Shown piece after piece: positions 1-12,376 of a stretch of DNA of 64,000 bases. The position numbers were made by a program, and so were the translations under genes. The DNA comes from Antedon mediterranea (Eukaryota > Animalia > Echinodermata). The stretch covers positions 3,573,888-3,637,887 of the forward strand of contig NC_092676.1 in NCBI RefSeq assembly GCF_964355755.1. Direction: 5' to 3'. The stretch's first letter is position 1; each line of letters begins with the position of its first letter. Under the pieces are notes generated by a model. That model was not told where the DNA came from. It searched no databases and worked only from the letters and a program-made list of their open reading frames with translations.

Positions 1-966
1 AGGTATCTAGAGTAGAGGAACAAATAATACATTAATTCGTTTTCTTAATTATTGATCAATAACTCACTAATATGTAAAATATATATAAGAACTCGTGGAC
101 AGCATTAACTAAATGAAAAAAGACTAAAAATTTAAAAAAACACGAATTTATAAAACATAAATTATAACCTAATGAACAGAAGAAAAAAAAACAAATACAG
201 GACTAACTAAACATAGCTTATGGACGAAAAATAAATGAAAAGACATCGTTAATAATTGAAATTAAAAAAACCGAAATATTTCTAAAGAGAAAAATCATGA
301 TATATGTAAGAAAGTTAGAATTGCTTTTTCAAATAATTTAGTTATAGTGTGCTAAGTGAAGACCAATTAATTTCAATTCAATTAGTGGTTATTATTATAT
401 TTAATATAACTACGACCGCCAGAGAAAGCAAAGAAGGGTTGGGAGCCCTCTATTTCAATTTTACAAAGCTTATTTAAAACTTTCCTAAATAAAATAATAG
501 GCTTCTCCTTATCTATTCATATAGAACCAGAAATACAAATGTGAAATCGTATAAACGAAGATGCGACAATAACAAAAATCGTTTTCAACATTATATACAT
601 TACAACACAGGGATACTTCAGTTTTAGTCAAAATCGTCACTCTAATAAGATATGTTTAGTGTGGATGCGCAGTTATTTTTGTATATATCATGACTGTGAC
701 CAGGTTTGATGTATGAATACAGTGACTAGATACAGTATAGGAATCAGATCGACTGAGTGCTTAAACTGAGTACGATTTCATAACGCGAATATCGACTAAC
801 AATAAGGTTTACATTATAAACACTATTGTTTAATCATCAGAATTTACCTACGTTTATTTGTGTACGTTTTTGTTTCATCATAAATCTCTATTTTGGAAAT
901 TGATTTAAACTGAACTAAAGTAATATTGGAAGATGAACTAGAAACTACCAAGTCGCAGTGTTTATA

Positions 967-1353
967 ATGGCTCATCATCATTGCTTGTTGTGCCTGATTG
1001 TATTGTATAGTATATTCTACGACTGTTTTGCACAAATATATCGATTCACAAAACATCCAAAACCGGTTCTTGTTGCTGAAGGAAACACAGCAAGGTTATC
1101 ATGTGCATGGATACCAGAATTGGATGAACGGCATAACTTTCGATGGGTATTCTTCCCTCAGGATGGTGGTCAGTTTCAAGTACTTGAGAGATCAAATTCA
1201 AAATACAATTTAACAAATAACGCAACTTCTTCACATCTTTCCATTTCTAATTTTGCTTCTAGTGACATAGGAAAATACAGGTGTGATATCAGACAAGACA
1301 GAGACACTGTTTCTAAAGACACTGTTTCTAAAGAGACTGTTGTAGTGCTGTGA
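967..1353 (+). pseudogene. Truncated Ig-receptor paralogue (signal peptide + Ig domain 1 only)
   Basis: MAHHHCLL signal peptide, ARLSCAW and DIGKYRC Ig motifs. A 15-bp duplication (gacactgtttctaaa x2) is present, and homology ends at a TGA where paralogues continue into domain 2. Upstream 1-960 is homologous to 31665-32650. Confidence 0.85.
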
Positions 1354-1649
1354 GGTAAATTCCCGATTGATCGTAATCAAAACGGTACTGGGTATGGTCT
1401 ACTAGATTTTCTGCTCCCAACCAGTACATCCATTCATAGAAGCCTTAATGAAGTAAGCCTACCTGGTGGTGGCCATAGAACGGTCCCGAGATAACGACTA
1501 TACTTCGGCTTTAGTCGATAGAAGATTGAATAAATTGTTAGATAGAGATAGAGTATACGATGTTATGATTATTATGTGTAGATATGTGATTTGTTCTTTT
1601 TATTCCAATGATGTTATGTATTTAATAAATTTTTTATATCAATTAATTA

Positions 1650-1690
1650 AACTAGATGGTACGCTCGCTTCGCTCGCGTACCATCTAGGT
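1650..1690 (-). mobile_element. Possible Helitron/Helentron-type terminus (hairpin + CTAG)
   Basis: Perfect 13-bp stem ctagatggtacgc (1652-1664) / gcgtaccatctag (1676-1688) around tcgcttcgctc; the minus strand ends ...CTAGTTT. Confidence 0.4.
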
Positions 1691-2195
1691 CGTGCCCACA
1701 GATGGTTCTCGAATACATAGTAATTTCAGCGTTTAAAAAACTGGCGACTTCAAATGCACATGCAGGACAATAATACATGTTGTTTACAGAAACGAATAAA
1801 TAGACACTGTGATTTATGTACTCAACTAAAATTAGCACCCCGGGAATTACTTCCGAAAAAGAAACTTGTCACAAAATAAGAAACAAACTGAATTTGTGTT
1901 TTGTATGTAACATTTGGGTTGAGGGATGGGGAAGAGGATGGATGCAAAGACGAACAATTTTTAAATATATTCTTTATCGATTTAGTAACGAAATATGAAT
2001 TGTTTTCATGTTTTACAAATAATATACCAGTAAACACAGTAAAACATTGCGATTTAATACTTTGTTGAAACTGTCACCGTCATAGTCGATTGAAATAGTA
2101 CAGTACATGTAACGATACATCACTAATACGACGTTTATATTTTTTTGAAGTTACATGATTACAAACGTTCAGAAGGAACTGTCAGTAATATATTA

Positions 2196-2984
2196 AACAC
2201 CTCTATTCGGGGCAAATCGTAAATTCGCTTTAATCGTCAATAAATAATTATCTAACTCAACTTAATTAGTAGGCCTAATGGTTAATTGTTTCATAGAGCC
2301 AATTATGCTACCCACTACCCAACTTGTATTGAAAATTAAGTTGTTTCCTAACCACCAAAGTTGTTCTGCGTTTAGGGCACGTACTGATCATTCGTACTGT
2401 AGGCCTGCCCTCTACTGGCTTTACAACGCTACTCATGCCAGTGAGGGGAGGGTGGTGGTGTTGGTGGTGGTTTAGCTGCAATAATAAATTTGATTGTACA
2501 TAATAGACGGCGACTGGAAAGGCTAGCTCATTATGCGTTAAAAAAAAGATTCCACAGATTGGAAAAAAGTGTATCGAATTTCTGTTATGGCTGTACAGTA
2601 CTTGTCTTTACGACGCCTGAGGGAATAGACACTTGTGGAACAGAGATAGAACAGAGAACCATTTATCGCAGATCAAAACATTTGTATAAACGTATATTAA
2701 ATCTATAAAAATAGTATTTTTTAAAGAAAATCGGCCTGTCTTCAACATTATGATGCTGTACTCGAGCTGTTCAACCGGTTTTCAGCTATTAAAAACAATT
2801 ATCGTAGGAGGAGATAGGAAAATGCGAAGCATCCTCGCATTATTGTCTGCGGGTATTTTTCAAGTTGGACATCCATTAGACAGTGTATACCACGACCACG
2901 AAACACCCCTATTTGGGGCAAATCGTTGAACCTAAATTCGTTTTAATTGTCAATAACTAATTATCTAACTCAATTTAATTAGTA
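2196..2984 (+). repeat. Two ~80-bp imperfect direct repeats (~2196-2271, ~2901-2984)
   Basis: aaacacc(t/c)ctatt(c/t)ggggcaaatcgt...aattatctaactcaa(c/t)ttaattagta occurs twice. Confidence 0.7.
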
Positions 2985-3423
2985 AACATGGTTACATCAG
3001 ATGGTTAAAATCAGTACCGAAAGTACGAACCAACTTTATATACCATCGAGTAAAAATTCTAGAAATAAACTGCGATTTACCGAATTTTGCCCTTACGTAA
3101 ATTTATATATAGATTATCGTAGATTGCATATTATGCGATGAATATTATTTAATAAATTTTTGATATATTATTATTATTATATTAATAAAAAAGATATTTG
3201 TTAGTATAAATTAAAAAATATAGATATAAGGAAGAAAAGCAAAGAGATTATGGAGCGGCTGTACCAGAATATACAACACTAAGTATTGTAAAGTTAATAT
3301 TATATTAGAAATTTAGGCGATCTTGCCTGCCACGTTTCGATATTCAATATTGAACTTGAACTTCTGAAGGCGCTCGACCTTTGACAAGATTATAAAGATG
3401 AATTTTTTTAAATTCATATTATT

Positions 3424-4103
3424 TTAAGACGTTAGGCCTACATACCGATATTCTGTCGGCGTTGCCAACCACCAAATTACTATCCCAACTCTCTCTCTGT
3501 ACGGAATTGCCCTGCGAAAAGTTGTATCTTGTCTCTCAACAAGAGGCCGTAGTTGTTCAGCAAGTCTATCAAATGTTGCGCGACACATTCGGAAATGTGA
3601 CCGAAATGTTTCATCGCTGTAATGTTCCACATTAGCAGCCCAAAACAGGCGACCATGGGCACGGTTTTGTACCCAGATTCTGCGATCAACAAGGTTCGCT
3701 CCAAGCGTTGCGGCTGCCAAAACTTCGACGACTAGGCCCAGTTGACGTCGGTTTAGGGCTAAACGCCTTCGCCGTCTACTCCGTGAATTTGCTCTCCTTT
3801 TCCTTTGTAGATTCATTAAAAATCTAAAATTGATATATGTATTGAAAACATAACGCTTGATAACTCAAAAGTAATGCAAGTATTACAATTTTAACCGGCT
3901 CCATTGTTAATATTATTCCTGTCGCGCAGACAGGAGTACAGTGTACTATTTTTACAAAATGTTGATTGACAGCACCGGGGTGATGCTGTAGTGTAAATGG
4001 GAACAACCCGAGTTCATCTCGCAGTTTTTTCTGTTAGTGTAAACGAAAATAGCCTCCGAGTTAAACTCGGGTTACTCTCCCAGTTGATAGTGTAAAAGGG
4101 GTA
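3424..4103 (-). mobile_element. PIF/Harbinger transposon 5' part with HARBI1-like transposase N-terminus (ORF 3424-3816)
   Basis: FRSHFRMCRATFDRLAEQLRPLVERQDTTFRRAIPYRERVGIVIWWLAT is typical of Harbinger nucleases. The terminus gatagtgtaaaaggggta (4086-4103) is followed by TTA. Confidence 0.85.
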
Positions 4104-4589
4104 TTAGCCTTAGTAGTTAGCTAGCCTCAGGCAAACGTACATTTAATCTGCGAGTGATCAGTTCATAACACCGGCGATCCCTACTTGTCCCGTTGAACAT
4201 TGCTACAATTTCCTCATTACAACGTATGGTAAGGAGGATTTTAACTTGATCTTGAGTCCAAACATTTGAAGACATAATGATGATTATTCACTGTATTTGC
4301 ATGATAGAGGTAGGCCTAGCAGTAGAGAGAATGGTGTGGATTGTATTCAGGACAGAGAGGTAGTGAGCGTGTGGTGGTGATTTCGCGCGGTTTCATTCTA
4401 AAAACACACAAACATCATGAATTTTGAACACATAAAATACTCAAAAAATATATATACAAGAACAAAATAATGTTAAATACAATATAATTATTATTTTAAG
4501 ATGCAAACATTCAAAATATAGAAACAGGTATTTTTTTCGCACAAACATATAACAAATTTAATGATAGAAGATGACCTTTTCATGTCAAT

Positions 4590-4840
4590 AACCTTTACCA
4601 ACCCGGTGTTGGATCGCAAAAACCGTTTACGCTTTCGTGTCTCCGGTGTCGACTTGACTACACCGGAGAGGCACACCGGAAAACATTCAGCTTCGTTTCA
4701 CCCCGCGGAGAGCACACCGGGGTGGTTCGATTTTCCCATTTACACCAGTCAATAAAAACCACAACACCGGCTTTTAACGGCCCGGTGTACTAACAACTGC
4801 GGGGTAACACCGCTGTTGCGGTGATAGTGTAAAAGGGGTA
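4590..4840. mobile_element. Second Harbinger-family terminus abutting an Ig-receptor 3' end
   Basis: Same terminus gatagtgtaaaaggggta (4823-4840) followed by TAA, with repeated acaccgg subterminal motifs. Confidence 0.7.
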
Positions 4841-4958
4841 TAAGATAAACGTAGAAGGCCTAACGTACGCAGATATAGAGTTTAAAGGCGGTACGTTTCC
4901 AAACCCTGAACCACAGGACTACGGACTTGATTACGCAACCGTGCAGATTACGAAGTAA
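4841..4958 (+). pseudogene. Orphan 3' end of an ITIM-type Ig-receptor tail
   Basis: Encodes NVEGLTYADIEFKGGTFPNPEPQDYGLDYATVQITK*, nearly identical to 59458-59575. Confidence 0.9.
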
Positions 4959-6002
4959 ATATTTGTCCGTAACATTTACCAGTACGTTTATTGTTACATT
5001 TATCATTACCAATCAACCTTTGACAAGTGACGTAACCGCATCGTTCAATATTGCTTGTACTGTATATGCAAAGCTATTTTAATGCAATGTGTATTATAGG
5101 CCTAACGATTAACAATCAAACGAATTTCTATCGTAATATTGTACGTCATACGCATCTCAACAACGATCTTGAAGGAATTTGTTGATATCCATAAAAAAAA
5201 AGGGTTGCTGTAATTTTATTTTATTAGAAACATTATAATTCTGAAGATTTTCTGAAATATCAGATTTTAGCCACATGGCAAGTGAAGCGTTTTGACAAAT
5301 TATGGACACGTGTCCCGCAGAAAAAAATACAACTAATTGGAAAACTCTCTCCATAATTCCTAGTATAACTTTATCTACGGAGGCCCAACTCAACACGGAT
5401 GTTCTTTGCTGCAGCCGTGCTATAGAAAGGACAGCAGTTGTGTACACAGTAGCTGTAAACAAACTTACAATAATAAAAAACAGGAAAGTCCCAAAGTTTA
5501 AATACAAGTTACACTCTAGGGGGCAGTATACCATACTACCGGTTTTACCTGGCAGTCGATAATCTGTGAGAACTTTAAACCGGATATCCAGTTTTTTCTG
5601 TATATACCATGTTACGAGCCTGACGTTCCAATACAGTGATTTAGAATACAGGAATCAGATCGAGTGAGTGTTTAAACTAGTACCATTTCTATCGAAACTG
5701 GCTATTTCTGTCATATATCGTAGAATTTTATAATACACAGTGATTGGAATCAGTTGAATCATAATCGAGAAGGTGCTTAAACTGAACACAACTTCTATCA
5801 TAACAAATGTGTGGCAACATCAACTAACAATATAATGTATACAGTTTTACATTGTATTAAGTATCTTTAAATCATCGGAATCTAGTATTTCTGAACGTTT
5901 TTATTCCGTACCAAAAATCTCTACTTTGATAAGGAAATTAATTTACATCAATCTATAGCAATATTTGAAACTCAACCATCGGAAGAAAATACACAGTTCG
6001 TA

Positions 6003-7523
6003 ATGGCTCGTCAGCAACATTGGACATATCTGTTTTACAAGTGTTTAATTATATTGAAGAGTATATTCTACTGCTGTTGTGCTCAATCCTATATTTTTAC
6101 AAAAGATCCACAATCAGTTCTCGTTGCAGAAGGACAAACAGCAACGTTATCATGTGCATGGTCACCAGCATTGAATGGAAACCATTATTTTGGATGGTCT
6201 TATTATCGACCTGGTATTAGCATTCAACGAATTGATGGTTTAAATGCAAGATACAATATAATTAATGAAGCAACCTTTTCAAATCTTTCCATTTTCAATG
6301 TTGGCCCTTTTGAAGTAGGAAGATACAGGTGTGATATCTTTGACGATGACGCTTCATACATTCTTTCTGAGCATGCTCTTGTAGTGCTAGGAGAAATATC
6401 GTGCAATCCAGAATACGACAATGGTGAAATAGGAACAACGATGACATGTTCTTACATTTCCTCTTATAATGTTAATGCTATTGATTTATTATTGTATAAG
6501 AATGGAAAAATAATTACATCAGAAGTACAAGATAATGTTTTAGAATCAAGGGCTTTGACTAGCGAACACGATGGAGCTGTATTTACTTGTAAAGCCACCA
6601 CTGGACCAAACAATCAAGTGATAGGAACTTGTGAAACTACTCCGCTAATACTGACTATAGATGCAGAGATTGAACAATCACAGCCAGGTACACTTCAAGT
6701 TGGAGATAGCTTTAACCTTACCTGCTCAGGGAAAGGTAATCCTGATTATTATGAATATGAATGGACGTGGAATGACAAACCTGTAGGATCTTTATCAAGT
6801 GAAAGACAATTTGCAATAGTTAATGTGCTTTTTGTGACAAGTGTATCAAGCGGTGCAAATGGCAAAATAGTTACTTGTACAATTAGTTGTAGTGGTCGTA
6901 ACAGCAGTACAGCGAGATATACAATAAACGTGCTAGAGAACAATTCGATTAGGCCTACAACTACACAATTGCAAACAACACCAGGTACACGTACGCAACA
7001 ACTCATTACAGACCAACTCTCAGCAACTAATATCTCTTCGGATGACGAGCCCCCAACACTAATTGTTGTTATTAGTGTACTTGCAATTCTACTCGTAGTT
7101 TCTGTAATATTAATAATATACACGTATTTGCAAAAAAGAAACGTATCTAGGGACAACATAATTCCTTTAAATCGACCTTCGAATAATATTGGACAATATT
7201 ACGATTATGTTGCGTCTTCAGACACACAGATCACCACGACAGGCAAAGACACATACACGTATGATTATGCCATATATCCGTGTACACGCATCGCAGAGAA
7301 TACAAGTGCTGAATACATTGAAGTAGAAGAGAGTTACCATGAGGGCCCACAAAAACAAGAGCAAAATATGACCGCATTCGAGAACGATGATGTGTCCTTA
7401 CAACCAACGGATATTTGTAGCAAAGAGGCCACGTACGAAAATGGTAAATTGCGTATCAAAGGCATGGCAACTTCTGACAATGTGACAATTAAGTACGAAA
7501 ACATCAAATCATCTACGCGTTAG
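6003..7523 (+). CDS. Single-exon type I membrane IgSF receptor, 3 Ig domains, tail class B
   Basis: 506-aa ORF: signal peptide ending CCCAQ, ATLSCAW/EVGRYRC, TMTCSY/DGAVFTC, FNLTCSGKGNP/WTW/IVTC, S/T stalk, TM (LIVVISVLAILLVVSVILIIY), tail YDYV, YIEV, YEN, IKYENI. Confidence 0.9.
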   Translation: MARQQHWTYLFYKCLIILKSIFYCCCAQSYIFTKDPQSVLVAEGQTATLSCAWSPALNGNHYFGWSYYRPGISIQRIDGLNARYNIINEATFSNLSIFNVGPFEVGRYRCDIFDDDASYILSEHALVVLGEISCNPEYDNGEIGTTMTCSYISSYNVNAIDLLLYKNGKIITSEVQDNVLESRALTSEHDGAVFTCKATTGPNNQVIGTCETTPLILTIDAEIEQSQPGTLQVGDSFNLTCSGKGNPDYYEYEWTWNDKPVGSLSSERQFAIVNVLFVTSVSSGANGKIVTCTISCSGRNSSTARYTINVLENNSIRPTTTQLQTTPGTRTQQLITDQLSATNISSDDEPPTLIVVISVLAILLVVSVILIIYTYLQKRNVSRDNIIPLNRPSNNIGQYYDYVASSDTQITTTGKDTYTYDYAIYPCTRIAENTSAEYIEVEESYHEGPQKQEQNMTAFENDDVSLQPTDICSKEATYENGKLRIKGMATSDNVTIKYENIKSSTR

Positions 7524-8209
7524 AGAAGACGAGACGAGATAACTACGATGACGTCACCTAGTTGTGGATGAGCTAATAATGATGCAAACGTGTACGAAAA
7601 TGTTAAATTATCACCGAGATTAAGAAGAGTTGGAATAAACATTTCATAATAATTCTAATCGCGAAGATGACGTCACCAAGGTGCATGCGAGTAAAAAAAC
7701 GACGTATACGAAAATGCATCGGTACACACAAAAGCAGTGAGGTGTGCTAAGATATAGAGGAAGCAAAACTGAACCAAACGTACAGAATATTCATACAAAA
7801 ACAAACAATGAAAACTGCACTAACGCATATTATCATATAGACTTGTTTATGAAGTGTTCAATACCTAAATTAGAGGTTTATACCAGGTATGATATATTTA
7901 GTATTAATGTTTTTATTAGTGAAAATGATAACTTTTAACATTTGCAAACTACCGTCCCCAACACGTACAGGGGTGTGACCTAAAAGTATTGTAAGACTAG
8001 TATGGGCCATGATACTTCCATGGTAAGAGAAATAGAAAAGTAGGCTAAATATATACGTTGAATTATTATAGCACAGTATTAAAATATTGTAATTTTGTTT
8101 AAGGAAGTAAATCAAAAAATATTATATTATAAATAATCAACTCTGAGATTAAAATTAACCAGGAAAGGGAAGGAAGGAAGTATTAGAAAACAATGCAATA
8201 TACATGGCT

Positions 8210-8295
8210 GCAGTCGCGTGCTCAAGTTAGTGTTTACCGACCGAGCAACTGACCGACATAGAGAGATGTAAAGTCGCGTTGCAAGCGACTAATAA
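8210..8295 (-). mobile_element. Short Helentron/HINE-like repeat (other copies ~62785-62868 and, inverted, ~36970-37080)
   Basis: agtcgcgtg subterminal motifs, an (ccga)n/(gtcg)n microsatellite core and a short stem near a T-rich end. Confidence 0.45.
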
Positions 8296-8448
8296 TTAGC
8301 AGAATTAAACTGTACAGAAACGAGTAAAGAAAAACAGAATAAAGTTCATCGATAACATACTCTTATTTGGCATGAAATAAGCAACAATAAAATATCGATA
8401 TATGCAAGTACACGTGATTGTCCAAAATGGATTTTCCATGTTTCTATA

Positions 8449-8712
8449 TGTAAGGATGTGGACGACAACACAAAAGGAAAAACACGCCTTTTCTCACTTT
8501 TACCACGGTCCGGTGGTGTATTTGGTTTTAATTTGTTTTTAGCATAACAATAGAGATCAGTATGGTCCTTTTAATCAGATCTTTAATTAAATAATAGACA
8601 AAACTATCTGCTTCCTTGACAGGTTCATGAAAAAGACTGTTACAATTATAGGGGGCAGTAACACCTATAGGGGGCAGTATTTAATTATCACATGATTAGA
8701 TTAATCCCCACA
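8449..8712. mobile_element. Solo LTR, 264 bp
   Basis: TGT...ACA termini flanked by a TATA duplication; the paralogous empty site at ~63017-63030 reads ttctatataaagct. Confidence 0.75.
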
Positions 8713-9437
8713 TATATAAAGCTGCGATTGTATACGCCATTAGATTTCTATATAAATATAATTTAAATATTAAACTTTAAGCAAGAACTTATATATAGTG
8801 ATCGATATTTACACGTTGCAAATTAGTAATTTTGTAAAAATGTATTTAATATATTTCGTATCAATAATATAAATATTTCTATTTTATAGTTTTGCTTTAA
8901 GGCTATAATTTTTTACTGTATATTTATACATTTTTGTATATTAATAGGCATGTGTTTTGTAACTTTTAAAGGTTACTTTATTATTACTTGTATTAATTTT
9001 TAATGTAACCGAGTAAATTATGTAATTTATTGTTTTATGACATACAATACAGGAAATAAATTAAATTTGAAAAACAATTTTACTACAATAATTTTAGACT
9101 AGTTCAGACTTATGTTTTTATTTTACAGAGAATAAATAAATAGTATCAGATATCACAAATGTGTGAAGAAATACATTAAAAATATTATTTTATTCTCTCA
9201 GCTTGAGTGTACTACTTACAGTACGCTCATGTAAATATATATTTAATTGAATATGTATAAGTAATTGTTTCTGTAATTGATTATTATAAGAGAGCAGACA
9301 AATTAAACTTAATTTAAAGTTATTTTTTTCCAAATGTTATTGTACTTGTTTGTTGATTAAGGAACAAATGAATGGAAATGGTACCAGTTGAGATCAACGT
9401 TAACGAGAATAAGAAAGAAAGTTGTAACCAAAAAAAA

Positions 9438-9700
9438 AATGAATATGACTGTGTAAAATCAGCAGACAATCAAAACGATAAAATGACTGAAACAGACAGT
9501 GAAAATGAGTATGATTATGTGGAAACATCAAACATAGGCGCCATAGTAAAAGAAGGCACTGCAGAATATATTGAGGGTGTTGATGACAACACTGATGCTG
9601 ATTCCTTGACTGCCCTACTATAAACAGAAACTAATAGGGCTACTGTGGCTGAGTACAATGATGCTTCAATACCACTAAACTAATTTCAATAAATACTAGA
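9438..9700 (+). pseudogene. Orphan cytoplasmic-tail fragment of a class-G receptor
   Basis: NEYDCVKSADNQN...SENEYDYVETSNIGAIVKEGTAEYIE matches the end of 50946-52631; no upstream Ig or TM coding sequence. Confidence 0.85.
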
Positions 9701-10459
9701 AAAATGATAAAGGTATCTGGACTTCGACGTATACGAAAACGCATCTGTACGCACAAAACCACTGAAGTCTGCAAGGAAATGGAAGAAGCAAAACAGAACC
9801 AAACGTAAGATCAAAAACAACAATGAAAACTGCACCAAATAATACATTACATTAAATATGTAAATAAAAAAAATTAATATATCTGCAAAATAATACATTA
9901 CATTAAATACCTATTTAAAAATATAAATATCTGCCATTTCAGTTTTCCAGGTATGATCTATTAAATTTGTTAAGTGAAATCTTTATCTTTCACTATTTCC
10001 AAAATACTGTTCCTATCCCGTAGATGAGTCTGACATATTTTCAGATACAAAAAAAAGCAATAATGACTAAATTATACGTTGAAATGTACAGTAATTAATT
10101 GGTCTGTTGTTTAAGAAAGTAAATTGAAATAAATTAGAGAGATTATTCAGTTATTTACACGTTACAAGTTTGTAATTTTGTGAATATGCATTTAATAAAT
10201 AAATATAATCAGGTATTACACACGTTGGAAAAAAGATATCTAATTCTTTGATAATTTTTTTTAAAGATAGAAAACAACTTTAACTTAATAAAGTTAATGA
10301 AGAAAAAACATTAAAAGTGAAACCAATAATTTGTTTTGTTATTGTTTTACTTTAGATTTGACTTGACTTTCGGTTTAATGCTCAGTATAATGTTGCATTC
10401 ACACGGAGAGGGCGCCGTTCAATTCTTAATAGAATGTATCTATTATTTAACAAAAACTC

Positions 10460-10645
10460 AAACTCTGTGAATCAATTTGCTTTGATTGTCCTCAGGAGTA
10501 CGATCCTCACTCCTGAGGACGATCAAAGCATATTGATCGAAACGTCGAAAAACTCAACAGTTCTTTTCAGAACTAATATACGTGGTGTACCGAAAAATTT
10601 ATATCAACATTTGATTTCGCCATGCAAACCTTCAAACAATACAAT
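10460..10645 (+). mobile_element. Penelope-like element remnant with minimal hammerhead motif
   Basis: CTGAGGA-c-GATCAA agcata TTGATC-GAAA-CGTC at 10513-10546, preceded by an inverted repeat (gattgtcctcaggagt...actcctgaggacgatc). Absent from the paralogous flank near 30920. Confidence 0.55.
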
Positions 10646-10728
10646 GCATTAAGATATAAGAAGTTTTATAACTCGTGGACAACAATATCTAAATGCAAAC
10701 TAAAAATAAATCCTAAGAACGAATTTAT

Positions 10729-12376
10729 TTATATCACTGATGTTCCAAAATATGTATATACACAAGTTACAAATCTAATATATAATTTTATTTGGAACAA
10801 TAAAAGGGAAAAGATAAAAAGAAAAACTCTAATTGGTGATGTTGAGATGGGAGGCATTAAAATGCCTGATTTTACTCTTCATGTTAACGCACTCATGTGT
10901 GGCTGGTTAAAAAGAATTATGAATGATGATGGTGCTAAATGGAAAAATATTCCAATGTATTATATTAAAAAAATATGTGATGTTAATGTTTTACTTAATA
11001 TGTCATGTTATAACATTATTGATGTTAATTCTGATAAAATTCCACTGTTTTACAAAAAATATGATAAAAGCCTACATAAATTATAACAGAATCTTTAAAA
11101 AAAACCCTGAAACTTATAACGATATAATGAATGAGCAACTGTGGGGAAACCACTACGTTAAACTAAAAAAAAATCGCTTTTCTACAGGCATTGGATTGAC
11201 AGTGGCATTATCAGTATTAAAGACATTGTTAATAAGAACACTTTTTTAACATCAAACGAAATACTGGTGAAACTACAATGTAAAACAAACTGGTTAAATG
11301 AGTATTTGTGCATTATTAAGGCAATACCAATTCAATGGAAACGTATTATTAAGGAGGTAGATATTTTCAATTGTGATGATAATGATGAATTAGTTGGCAC
11401 CAAGTATGAGATTAATACTACCAAACTAATATACTCATGGTTTGTGAAAGAATATTTCATTATTCCAATGTCACAACTAAAATGGGAAGAGTACTTCAAT
11501 GATAACAACATTGATTGGAAAACTTCTTGGTTACGGAAAGTATGTAAAATGAAAGATAAGAAACTAGCACAATTCAATTATAAGATGTTACATAGAATAC
11601 TGCCTACCAACAAACGGCTGTATCAGTGGAAAGTTAAGGAAACACAAACGTGTGACAAATGTGGAGAAATTGAAAATGAAAATCATTTGTTTTTTAGTTG
11701 TAGATTTATTCAGAAATATTGGAGGAAAATGCTTAGTATCTTTGTAAGTTTAAATCACAATAATATATCATTTAAACAATTAATACTAGGAACGGGAGAT
11801 AAGCTAATAGATTATATTTACACTTTTGCAGCATTTACTATTTATAGAATAAAAATGTTATCTGCACTAAATAAGCCAGTGGGTAAATCTTTATGGAATT
11901 CATTTAAAAGCAATATGTTATATAACATTGAATGTGAAACATATAACAATAAAGAAACAAGTATAGAAAAATGGGTAGGTTTAGGAAATAAGATTATGAT
12001 AATATAATTTCTAATTTGATACGATTAACCGAAACAGAATTACAGTGATAGGGGTTACTGGTAGTACTGAGCTATTATTGTTTTTTTTTATCATGTATAT
12101 AAATATATTGTATAATCCGGGTTGTAAAATGAAAACAAACAAATGAAAATGTGTGAGCTATTTTAAAACGGGATAGATGATAATGATGATCCTGTCAAGT
12201 GTATAACAAAATATAAGAAAATTAATGAAAAAAGGAGTAATACAGAATTCATATATGTAAAAATGTTACTTATGAACTTTAACGACATTTACAAGTTAAA
12301 TAATACGATTTTATGTAATATGAGATAATATGAATGTGACTAAAAGTGGTGTTTGCGCCACAAAAGAGAAAAAAAA
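10729..12376 (+). mobile_element. 5'-truncated L1/Tx1-type LINE (frameshifted ORF2 C-terminus with zinc finger)
   Basis: FIWNNKREKIKRKTL..GGIKMPDF and FNYKMLHRILPTNKRL..CDKCGEIENENHLFFSC; A-rich tail; 14-bp TSD aagaacgaatttat at 10715-10728 and 12377-12390. Confidence 0.9.

Noticed and set aside
1349-1750. LTR starting TGTGAGG at the truncation point with tggcgac as primer-binding site
   Set aside because: No second LTR, TSD or gag/pol sequence found; too weak to call.
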